Shown: positions 1 to 12,400 of the stretch, piece by piece
How the letters are laid out: every line of letters begins with the position of its first letter
How positions within the stretch are numbered: position 1 is the first letter of the stretch
Assembly (NCBI GenBank): GCA_040954595.2
Contig: CM082579.2
Span: 3,895,227-3,959,226 of the forward strand
Source of the DNA: Balanoglossus misakiensis
Taxonomy: Eukaryota; Animalia; Hemichordata
Direction of reading: 5' to 3'
Length of the DNA: 64,000 nucleotides
Translations under genes and position numbers: made by a program
Notes under the pieces: model-generated
Database searches by the model: none
Told to the model about the DNA's origin: nothing
The model's input: the letters and a program-made list of their open reading frames with translations, nothing else

Positions 1-1806
1 CGTAAATAAAGAAATGCTTGTCGTGTGTCGTAAACCAACGGCTGTCTGACGAGACGATAATCAATACGTCCCCGTTATTGCGTTCGATTAACGCTTGCAC
101 GCCAATGCTAAGACGAACGGCCATCAATCTCGCAATTTAAATGCAATTTCGATTTTTCTGATTGTTTTAACACTGATTGCGACGTGCGATTTGCACGACA
201 TGGGAGTTTTCACGAAAAGTAGATTTGTTGTTATGTTCATTGTTCAAAGCCGCAAACGCAAGCCCCACATTTTTGCTTGCGATCCATAGAATGTTTCGGT
301 CTTCATCTTCATAAATACCAAAACCGAGGACATACTTTCTAGAAATATAATCCGTACATGCCGTTTTTAATGAAAGTACATGCGTCACATCACGGGAAGT
401 AATACCATAATGTATTTCAAACACGACTGATCTTCAAAATTATCCTTTCATCACATGCACGATTTTCCCTTCTCATAAACCATAGCGCGGCCGGGGGTTA
501 GAATCTGCATTTAGGGGTGAAAGGTTAGCCGCGTGACGCGTGCGAATCCAACTCTGGGTGTTCCTATCAGCGTGATGTCCATTTCTTGTGCACAGAGATA
601 TCGACACTGCCGCAACGTGTCCGGAAGGTGTAATTCTATGTCAATCGCAATAATAGGTAAGTGCATTTGGGTGACCTTTAACCCTGCCAGGGGATACCGG
701 GTTTTATGGGGATTTTTTTCACCTAGCAAATCGGCCTCAGGAACATCACGCCAAGACCTTTAGAACAAAATGCAAAATGACTGTCTTGCTTCGTTGTTGT
801 TAACAATAAGGTACATATGTCCACTCGAAAAGCCGGTATTCATTCATAAACAAACTGGGTACCTTAAGAGAGAAAGTTCCACACTCTAGAATCCCCCCGT
901 CAGTTTCCCAAGAACTATTACGATCGTTGAACCGTGTATAGATGTCATCGTACTTGAAATACTTCAAGAATTCACAATTATACAGAAAACAGATGGCCGT
1001 GTGGGATTAACATCGATACATTAACGACTGCTTGGCTGAAACAAACACGTATCGATTTTCCTGCACGAGTAATTCGATACGGTCGTTGTTTTATACACGT
1101 TCCGGATTTATATTTGACGATTAGATAGTATATAAGACAATCGTTACTCATAAGAAACGTTGGTCACGTACGCATTAAGGCAATTGGATACCGTCGTTAC
1201 CCCCCCCCCCCCCCTGCATCATGTGAGTTGACGCGCCAGCAGGTACAAATCACGCTATTATCATTTCTCTGAAACATATTTACAGAGGGAAATGACTTTT
1301 CTTAGAAAAGAAGCCACGATTAATACCGTATCTTTAAAATACACTGAATTGTCGGGGTGTTTACGGTACACAGAAAGAGAAATCGACAATAACGATTTTT
1401 TCCTATCTCGCGCTGTTTTCCACATCGATTTCGACCCTCATATAATTCCTGCCTTCAAAGGGCGTTGAGCTATAGCTCCATTGCTATCAGAATATTTGCT
1501 TTTTATCTTTAAGACAAGCCATACCCCCATGAGAAGTTTCTTAGCAAACCTCTTAAGCAATCGCGATAGCCTTTGAATTCTTCTGGGTCGCCGAATGTTA
1601 ACCCTTTGATCTTGCTGTCCAGGCGTATAGTTGCGAAGAAACTGGCGAAGCCGAAGGAACGAAAAAGAGACTCGATGAAAATGCTCGGCACTTTCTTGAT
1701 TCGCACCGGATTCGAGGGGGATTGGAGGGAGATCTTTCGAGCCATTAAATTTCGACATGTTTGCCTTTTTTATTTCTCAGGACATTAAACTCACCACAGG
1801 GGAATC

Positions 1807-3491
1807 ATGTCTACACTATCGTCGCTTCTTCGGGACATAGTAACGGTTACAGCCCAGCCAATGGCAACCACGGACTCGTCAGGTGCAACGAGCGGAACGT
1901 GTCCGGGGTGGTCCGAACCGCAGCATGCACTTTTCCAAATAGGCCATCTCGTCCTAGTGGTGGCGCTCTCCACGCCCACCATCTTTCGCCGACACGCCTT
2001 GCTCCTGCGAGTGGTCCTGGTGTTTGCTTGCTTGTTCCTCTTGCTCTGGGCCGTCACCACGTCGTGCATGCCGGACTTCTTCGGCTGGAACCTGACGTTT
2101 TGTATCATCAACATCGGCCAGGTGCTCCGGGTAGTGTACACGACTTGGCCGGTGGCGCTGGACGTGGAGCTGGAGACGGCCTACAGTTCGCTCTTCAAGC
2201 CGCTGAGGATGCCGAGGTCAGACTTCAAGAAGTTGGCCAAGCAGGGTTGCCTGTTCACACTGAAGAAGGGAGACTGCTATGCCATGGAGTTCAAAACTCG
2301 GGCGGGCGGACGAACGATTGTCGGTTCTGCTGTCCGGAAGGTGGGACTTATGTCAGTGCAGATCTCCCGACAAAATTCCACCTAGAAAAATCCACTTCAT
2401 CATAACATGTAAAATTATATACTAACGTGATATGAAAGTAAACGCTTCTGTAACTGCTTTTTAGAGAACCTTGTAGTGCACGGATGCGAGGGCGCTTTTC
2501 CCCTCAGACACCCTGAAGCACAGCCGTCTGCTTCATCGGAGCCGTCTGGTATGCGGGAGCAACGCTCACGGTTCAAGTAGATTAATGTTTTCGTTTGTCC
2601 TTACTCCACAGTGTGCGGGTCACCAGTGACGACATCTACTTGCATACCGTTAAAGCTGACGAGTTTCTGGACGCACCGGAGTGGGAATCGTGTAAATCAG
2701 GACACGCTGATGTATTTCAGGTATAGTAGTGATAAATAGTGACTTTCCAACAAGTGGCTGTATGATCTGATAACCGCAAAGGGTTCGCTCTTCTCAGTTG
2801 GTCTGCATATACAAATTAATGCGCAGTGAAAGTAGAAACAAATGTAGACTATAGTGGCAGCCCCGTGGGTATTTAAGCGGCAATGGCCTCTGAATGGGAC
2901 AACTTTCTTCTCTCTGCCTCCAAACAGGTCACCTTGACAGCAGTGGAGGAATGTCGATACCTGTCGTGGCCGCGCAAGACCCTGGAAGCCCACCTGCGCA
3001 AGCACCAGTTCGCCAAGGCCATTCTGAACAGCGTCATCGGCAAGGACGTCGCCAGGAAGCTGTTCGCCATGAACGACTACGTGGTGCAGCAGGACGAAGC
3101 CACGAAGAACGAGGAATTGGACGTCGACGGCGCCAACATCGGCCCCCCGCTGGGCCACTTCTCGCAGCTGTCGCAGCTGCAGAGGGGAAACAGCATGGTT
3201 TCATCCGACATAGGCGAGTGATGTGTACGTCCGCGGTTTTCTTTAGTGTTTTTATGTTCGAAGAGTAGCCGATGGATGTGATATTGGTCCCGTCTGCTTT
3301 CGTTTCCATGAAATATTAAATGTGAACGGATTTTGTCCATCGATTAATCTGTGTAAGAGAATCGTGCCATGAATTCGCGTGAAGAACACAACAAAACAAT
3401 AGTTCTAAACAACATTACTTTCATTTCAGGGCCAATATCAGAGAAAAGCGAAAGCTCTGGTGACGCCGAGAAGACGGACAGCCGGCTGTAG
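1807..3491 (+). CDS. Popeye domain-containing protein (BVES/POPDC-like cAMP-binding membrane protein); frameshifted in this sequence
   Basis: Exons 1807-2340, 2612-2720, 2928-3213, 3430-3491. Three N-terminal hydrophobic helices are followed by Popeye motifs: 'ELETAYSSLFKPL', 'LKKGDCYAME', 'DERLSVLLSG' (+1 frame after 2305), 'FLDAPEW', 'FQVT', 'VIGKDVARKLF'. The model gives 328 aa if the GGCG duplication at 2301-2308 is collapsed. An acceptor at 1780 implies an upstream non-coding exon. Confidence 0.9.
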
Positions 3492-4585
3492 AAAGGAAAG
3501 TTTGGCGCAGACAAATTGAATTGAACTTTCCACAGTGCGGCTTACACACATATCAGTCTGCAGATCCACGATGCCTTGAACGCACTCTCATAGACTCGGT
3601 TACCCAGACTCCTCTGCTCCAGCGGAAGCAGCAGAGGAGTCTGGGTAACCGAGACTAGCACTGTCACGGCTTTGATCAACAAAGTCCCTGAACACAACTC
3701 GTTTGTATTTGTACTGTAATTCAACTTGTAAGGCTTTTATGTTTTATTATTCGCTTTCAAATTGTTTGTAGTTAACATGTGTTAGGCCTACGACATCCAA
3801 GTTAAGTGTAACGAAGTCGCAAAACGGACAAAATGACCACTTTGCTTCAGTAACTTGTTCTTCACCTTGACTACCGTTGTATAAATATTGAACAATGTGG
3901 TTTTTCATATTTGTATGGAAATGTGAAGTAAACGAATACATTTTACTTGTTTTTACCCAAATATGGTGATGGCGTTTTTCCATGTTCTCACACAGAGGAG
4001 TCCATATCGTGCCAGTCATTATGTGCGCGTTTCTAGTTGTGTGTGTTTGCCTTGTGTCAACAACACATCCAAGAACACGCACCCGAATAGAACAAACTTT
4101 CGAACAGTAATGGCTGTTTTTTAGAAATACAGAACGTTTAGCACAAACGGAGTTTTGGAATAGCGTGCGATTGGCCAATGAACTTGCGTGATTTACCCTC
4201 AAAGACAAAGAACCGTCGGTGTTCTTAAATCTGTTGTAGCAACCATGACGTTCTGAAAAACTGGCAAGGCCCAATGAAAACAGGTAATGCGCGCAGGCAT
4301 AGTGAACGTTGAAATAGTATGCGCTGAGACTGGTATACCGACATTAATGTCAAGGGGTCTTTGACTTTGGTTCTGGCACGTTCGTCCAAGGTACAAATGG
4401 TCAGAAAACAATCTTGCGGGCGAGGCTGATGGAACGAACTATAGAATACGAATTACCGAATCTCGAATTTTGCCGCGAGACAACGAAGACGCCGTGCATT
4501 GTCTATCGACAACTGATGTTCAACAAACAAAACCGTTCTTTCCATATAGTTCTTGTTTCAATTCTTATCTACTGAAGGTCGCAAC

Positions 4586-5895
4586 ATGGGAAAAGGAAGC
4601 AAAGGAGGTAAGCTTTGCATGGTTCATGATTCAAAAATGAAAGAAATAACCATGCGACTACATGGTTCGCTTTGATGCCTTATTATGTTTGCATGTTGGC
4701 CTACCCACAATTTGATCTCCTGTACAGGAAATAAGAAAGCGGGCAAAAACAAAAGCAACACAGAAAAGAAGAAAAGGAAATCGGGTGAGAGGCGGCCCGA
4801 TGACTTTCTTACAACCCACGTGGTGCAGAGTATAAAATTTGTTGGGCCCGGGTTGAACGAAGATGACGGGCAGGGTTCGTTTACAAGTGGCGCAACACGG
4901 GATGTCGAGACAGATGAAAGGACACAGGTGAGCCCGACGGTCGTGCCCGATGACACACCAAGGGTACAAGAAATAGATGAAAAGTCAGAACATGAGACTG
5001 GTGGCGAAAAGAACTCGGAAATATCTGTTGATGATTGTTTAGAGAAGCTAGATGACGCAGATCTGACACCAGACGAAGTGTCTGAGGGAAGCGAGGTGGA
5101 TACTTCCGATCTGCCATCGCTGTCTGGTGCCGGTGAAAATGTCGAATTTGAATCAATATGGGCTATTCCGGGAGACACGATATGGACGCTGACCAATGAC
5201 TGCAAGTGTACCACCACAACCACCACCGCAACAGAGGACGAGAGCATATCGCCCTCACTCTATGAAACGCAAGAGAAGGCAAAAACTGTCAGATGGAAAG
5301 AAGATGACGAAATTATCGAGTGGCAGTTCACCTCAGAAAATTCCTTTCCGACAGATTCGTCCATAAAGTCGTCGGGTTTGACCTGTATTCTTGGCGATGA
5401 CGTCATGGACTGCATTATTGTGTCGCAAAAATACTTGTCTACCCTCCTACGGTGGAATTCAGAGTAAGTATAGACGACAAGCGCAGCCAATAGACATATT
5501 ATTTTAGTTGACGGATTTGAAATTACTTGATTGTACATCTTATATTTTGAGCCGACGCGCAATTGTGTCTGGATCATGTGATGTGGACACATCTTGACAA
5601 ACGCTATTTTGCTGTTTGCGTTGTTAGAGGTCATACGGTCAACGAGACCAGTTCACCAATTCCAGAAAGTATTGATGGTTCGCTAGAAAACAGGCCCAGT
5701 AAGACTAAGAAGAGAACTCGCAGTAGGAGAAAACGGGCAGCCTCGATTTCCCGAAAATCATGCAAGTTCTTCATGGACGACCCCTGGCACGAGCGTGCAA
5801 GCCAGGATGTGTGCTCTCCAAAGGAGGACGGCACATCCAACGAAAATAATGAGTCCGATTTTTTTCTACCAATAAAGTTGTTACAAGTCCTATAA
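4586..5895 (+). CDS. Uncharacterised acidic/basic low-complexity protein (341 aa) with RVxF-type motif KTVRW
   Basis: Three exons with consistent phase and GT-AG sites: 4586-4607 (MGKGSKG G|gtaagc), 4728-5463 (after tgtacag, ending at gtaagt), 5628-5895. The total is 1026 nt in one frame. No recognisable domain. Confidence 0.65.
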
Positions 5896-8800
5896 TATCT
5901 GTGTCCAGGGCGCTTATATGGAATATGGAAAACGTGAAAAGATGTTTGCAAACAAAACTCTGGTTTTATTGCGAAAAAAGGTTCCAATCATAAACCAAAG
6001 ACCAGGCACACAACAAAACACCACAGATTCATGGCATATCACTGTTACTGAGTGGGTGTCCTGTAACACGTGATCATGTTACATTTGTCAGAAAATAAAG
6101 TCAGCCGCCGGCAGTGGCCTTGGCCGCCGTATTACGGTTGATGACTGACGTACTCTCACACTACAGGTATCATATTCAAGGTTAGTTTTCTTTAATTTAA
6201 AAATTTAAAAGACATTCACGGGTGTTCGCTGGATCTAATAACACCACAGCTGGCAACATCCAAAAGTCTGACGTTAAATTTCTGACAAGTCAGAGCGTAT
6301 GCGCAACCTACAGCTGGCAGAGCATACAGTCAGTAACAGGAGTAACCATGGTAACACATGTTAAAAGAAAATGACAGAGGACATTAAACTGCTGCCGCAA
6401 AACACATTTCAAGAGCAGAACATCAATGATCAACTAATCAAGTGTGTAAAAAATATTTTGCCATGTATCTGCCAACCAGAATCTTGTCTTGTGATTGCTT
6501 TCAAAACTGACCAATCAACAAGTGGCTTCTATGACTGATCAACAACTGACCAATCATTGCCGAGTTTCAATAACAACCAATGCCATCATCTCTGTACATT
6601 GCGAATGCACACACACTGGTTACAGAAGAAGAAAGTATTGATCTCATAAAATAAACACCCAACATTTAGAAGTGGGATCATACTGTAAACAAAGCTATAC
6701 TATACAGTCTCTCGAAGTTACTGCAAGAAACTTTGTGCGTTAGTTTTATTACTTCATTCTTCAAGATGCTGATTTTGATCGCGTTTTTTTGTTAGAAAAG
6801 CAAAGATCTTCTGAATTAAAAGTAAGCCGTTGATTGACATCACGTTGGAGAGTAAAGTCATTTTTCTCCTCTTCATCCTGTTTTTGTTAAAAGATAGACC
6901 TTGTCTACCTCTAGATGGCGCTCTACACAAATCACCGTGGAAAGTTCTGGTGCTTGCCTTCACTGGAAATGTCTGCCTCAAAGGATGTGCTGAAAAATGT
7001 CACGAAGAGGTAACACAGGAAGTATACTGACCCAGCGAAGACTATATTCCCATTTTTGAAACAAAAACTATAAGCAATAATAAAAAAATCTAATAATCTT
7101 GTAAAGGAAAAACTATAGCAGTACACACAGAAAAGAAAGTTTTCAATGCCGAGTCAAAAACATCTGTTAACAAATATAACACAGGGAAATTGTTCAATGC
7201 ATGCCCACGAAAACAAAAAAAATCTCGTAATGAGACCTAAACAAAATCAAGCAGCACCATTTTTTTTCAAGCATAACCTAACATTCAGGGATAAGTAGCA
7301 ACTATTCACTTTAAACTATTTTCCAGTGTCTGAAAGTGTTCCCTCCTTTCTACAGAAAAATGAGGAACCTAACCTACTGTGGGTTTCTGTTATCTAGATC
7401 TATCCTGCTACTTGTGGTGTATGGTAACTGTCTGCTGTTCACACACAGGCAAAACAAAAATCAAGCAACTTCTTCAAACAGCCTGGTCTCCCTACACGGG
7501 TAAATCAAAGAGAAATGGAAACCTCCAAATATAAATTACTCAATAAACACAATAACAACAATTCATTAAACATTTCAAAAATCACAAGAAACCAAATATT
7601 CAAAAAAAATGCGCCAATCATAGTATGTACACCACATGAAAGAAGAACGATTTTGAAATGTAGAAATTCATTGTTCGGAAGCGTGTACGGTATGTATAGT
7701 GTGAAAAAGGACCCTGCGGAACTTCTAAATCAGTATTTTTTTTCTCTGTAAATGTTGTTCAGCAGGATCGAAGTAAGACCACCCTTTCACTAACCCTGGC
7801 CGCACAATAAGGGATGATCAGCGAACATCCTCGACGTCTACTCAGTTGAACATACCCACACACAAACACACCCCAAAAAATCAGACCAGTCATGGCATGA
7901 ACTGACCTAAAAAGCTTCAACTCACAAGAATGTTATTGATCCTACATTACACAAAAAAGCCATGATCCTCACATATTTTTCTAATTTTTTAAACTTATTT
8001 GTCTGGTCAACAACACAAACACGCTTCTATAAAAATCCTTAGAAACTGTGACTTAAAATTGGAATTACCAAACCAGATACAGCTCCCCTATGTCCTTTGG
8101 CTTTCGTATCTATGACAACATTTTGAGAAGTGTACCAATATCTTCAAGAAGACAACCTGATCGAACAAGCCCTCTGCTCATGTCGAACACAAAAAGTGAG
8201 TTGTCCAAGAAATCTATCTCTACAAAGTCTACACATGCCATTTCACTGAACGTTGTATTCTAGAGTCAGAAAACAATCCTCATTTGTGAATAAATATAAC
8301 TTATGACGTTGTTAAGATAACTTCCTTATGATTTGATTCCATGAGAATTTCCAAGCAGATAAAACATCAAGGTTCTGTATTCAAAACTAAAACCTGGCAA
8401 GTGCAACGCAATCGGTAGTAAATGCTGAACGTGGTTTTTCAAACTATCCATAAACACAAAAATACTGATTTTTTAAAAATGAAAAAACATTCCTCAATGG
8501 AAACATGCAGAGGTTTATATATTCTATGCTAAAATGTAACGGTTCTGTTGAATGGCTCATGAGAGCAAGCAATGAGAAACTGTGTTCTGGCTGTTGTGCA
8601 ACTGAAGTGACTTTCTAACAACAGCTGGGGGATGGTGTGTGTTTCAACAGGAAACTGCACTGCATTATGGGTAACCCTCATCTGCTTATAACACTGCCAA
8701 CTGCAATGCAGAACTGTATATTCTTCTTGCAGAGTTTTCTGCTGTTCCTCTTAACACTTTCTACATGTGTAATAAATTTTCGCAATTCACATTTTTCCTC

Positions 8801-9413
8801 TACCAGCTCGTAAAAACGTTGAAGCAATCTTGGACGTCTGAATGAAATTATCTTCCTTCAAAAAAATCATCTAGCAATGATAGCACAACTTATGACCATT
8901 GATTACTTCAGCACACTGAAAGCCTTATGGTGAGACTGTGTAAGAAAAGATGTGATTGTTGGCACGTCACTCAACAGGGCGGGAAACTTTACTTCTGGTG
9001 GAGAAGGTTGCATAGGCCACTGCTTCTTTCTTTGCCTGTTTTCTTAGTATTGCTGCCTACGGTACCGATGTATCGATGCTTAGTTAAGTTCTTGTTCTTC
9101 GACATAAAGACTAAGCTTCGATCATCGAGTTTCAGTTGCACATTCACACTGCATGATTCAAATCCCTGAAAAAAAGATCTCTTGTTAAATAAAAGGGATA
9201 AAAAGTCCCCACACTCATTTTGTTTAGTTCCTTCTTGAGTTGAGGGCCGTGTAAGACACACTGTATGTGCCTGCTAAAAGTAGTGTTTTGCATACACACA
9301 CTCACACACACACAGGCTGTTGTCTGCTCGTATGCCCATTTCTATGGAAACCGTTTCCCCCCAGCAACAAGTGGAATCCCCGGCCTTGTGGTAGCACCAC
9401 AATCCGGGGATTT

Positions 9414-12400
9414 TCAACTGATGACGCATTCATTTTTCTGCTCCGGGAAATGAAGCGTATTGGCTGCGGCTTTGGCTATGTAGGTCATCGTTCCGTAGCG
9501 GCCACTGGGGGCGCTGTCGTAGAAATGCTGGCAGATTCCGGCCGTTCCGCTACATTTCAGGACGCTCGGTTTCGCAAAGCTGGGATCTTTCCGAACACAG
9601 CACAGTGTGGCGTCTCCATCAACCGCAGCCTGGAATTGCAAAAAAAAAAGAGTAAAAAATTCTGTATATCTTGAACACACATATGATGAACACACTTAGA
9701 TGTAAGGTATAGTATAAGTGGCAAGAAAACTGTCAGAAACCCCTGTGGCTGGAGTCATGTGTGTGAAATAGGAATGAAAAGGCTTCAATCACTCTTTCGT
9801 CCTGGAGACTGAGATTTTGACAGCTTACCTGATGGTTCAAAAAGAGTTCATTGGCCTCGTAGACCAATCTGTCGACGGCGATCACACCGCCCAGGTTGGA
9901 GGCGTAGTCGTGCTCCACAATGAGCGACAGAACCATCAACGTCTCCACCATCAGCTGGCGGTACTCTGGCTGGGGTATGCGATTCAGCACCGTCTCCACG
10001 CTGAGGGCGAACTTGAACTCGCCGGCGGTCATCTCGCTGGTCATCCCTTGCCACAGCATGTGACCTTCCACCGACAGACCTTGACACTGAGGGGAGGGTG
10101 ACAAAACAAAAGAGTGGTGTCACTACACAGCTGAGACACGGTGGGTTGCTGATGTACATTCAAAATAATTGCTATCAATGTTATCGAGAAGCGCAATCAG
10201 CACCAAGCCCCCCTCTCTCACCTTATCCAAGACTTTCCACAGCTTCTCATAGAACCCCACTGGCACCCTGTTCAACGCTCCGTCCAGTCGCCTCCTACGC
10301 AGCCACTGGCCAGTGCGATCAGTGGACATGGCTTCTTCCAGTTTCTCCATGCTGTCTGTGCCAGGGGGCGACATTGGACTGATTACACTGGCTCGTCTCG
10401 TCTGGAAAAAACAAATTGCATGAATGAGTTTTTCTTGTCGACAGGAGTAACGGGGTAACCCCAACTCGCACAGGCAGCGGTACAAGCAAAATCATGTGTT
10501 CAAGAAGCATTGATATAAGCACATTCCCATGTATTGTTTTTGCTTGTGACTTTTACGGCACTTAGTGTCCACAGCACATTGCAGTTGTTACTATACTCCA
10601 TTCTGGAAGAGTCTCATGGAGCTTTTATTTCAAACCAGTTCACCTGGCCACAGCAGGACACAGCCCATGCCAGAACAAGCAAAACTGTGAAAAGCCTTCA
10701 AGAGCATCTGCCAGCCTGAAATCCTGTGACTGTCAAGCGTTTCCTGTTACCCGTTTTGAGTTGTGAAGGTCCAAGACCACTTTGGGAAACAATGGCCCTG
10801 GACCTAGTTAATGCAGTGAATGGGGAACTGTGATGGGCTTTAGAACATCCATTAGTCATTAGTAACATAGTTAGGACTTGATCACTTCATTAGCACATTT
10901 TGTAGCTGTTGTTTACAGCATAACTTGCTTTGTTATAACTGCAGTGAAACAGTTTGTTCTTGGGGTTCTAGGAGAGTCACCCAACGAACATTTACCAACA
11001 GGACATTCACCCTAACCCAGACTGGCCCGACTGTGGTGTTTATAGAGGTCTGTTTTCAACCGACACCTGGCTGTGTGCATATGTAATTCTAACCCAAGCC
11101 CTTGCCCTACCCAAAACTGGTGCTTGGGGAAAATGTCTGGGTGGTAAATGTACAGTTGGGTAACTGTCCTGTACCATCAGGTATAAACTGGAGTGACAAA
11201 CACTGTTAACTCCCATGCATGCACCACACAATGAATGTATAACTATTTACATCCAAGCGAAATTGGAGGCCATCATTTGAACGGATTGAATCATCCTTGA
11301 ACAAGTTGAGAATCTGTGAATGGAAGATTTTACACCGATGATGAAGCAGAGAGGGGATGAGGTAACAGCTACAGAGAATACGGACATTAACAAGAGGTAC
11401 GCAGGCATATCAGACAAGTCATCGTCAAAAAAAGTAAAAAATCACTAACTCTTGCCGAAAAATGTGTGTATGCAGTTGACCGCTACATGCACATTCATTC
11501 ACTACATCCACACCATTCTCCAACCCACCTTGACTTCTTCCTTCAGCTTCGACAGGCCCGTCACTTCGTCCTTCGGAAGTCCGAACACAGACAACTGTCT
11601 CGGCCGGTTGATAGTCGGGTGAACTGCAAAGCGAAAGCACAGAGCAAATTTGCATGATCAAACATTCTGTAACCATGGCGCTGGTTGCCCCAAGCAACGG
11701 AGTGGACACTGAGCTCCCCTGGGCTTTTTTGAACTCTCCGCAAAATTTTGAACAGCTTTCATAGATCACCGTCTTCATGGCTTCAATAGAAAGACCACAG
11801 ATCATAGGATGTATTTTTCATCAGGCCCAAAACCGTTGCACCAAGTTTGAAGTGAAAAAGGCTTTGCATGGAGAATGAGATTTGATGTCTGTCTACTCAG
11901 GATAATAAAGTTCTTGCTTAGAAACACACAGGAAAATTTGTCCTTTTTTACTCTTGAAAAACAGAGATTCAGCAGTTGACATTCGTGCAGACGACACCCC
12001 ATGCATTGTGAGAACATGCACAGTGTCAGGCTATTCCCTTTGGGAAATAGTCACATGACTCATTCTGACCAACCATACCTCAGCATATAAAGCATGGAGT
12101 GTGTTATAATATAGTCTATTCTATTGGGTACATTCTTGATTAGTCTATACTGCACCTCTACTGAGATCTATCTTGCAAAACTACTCTGCTACTCTATAAG
12201 GCATATCCTGTCTACAAGCACAGACCCACCACCGTTACTCACTGTATGTATTTTGGTGTTTTCACATGCAGAGAGACACATGACATGACTGCACAAAAAT
12301 ACACAATATCGATTAACTGTGAGTGTTTGACGAAAGAACAAAAATCACATTACAAACACATCATTTTCAGCTTATCGGGGAGAGGATAATTTTTGGACAA

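Noticed and set aside
4624-5247. 207-aa Ser-rich minus-strand ORF
   Set aside because: Antisense shadow of the acidic plus-strand exon.
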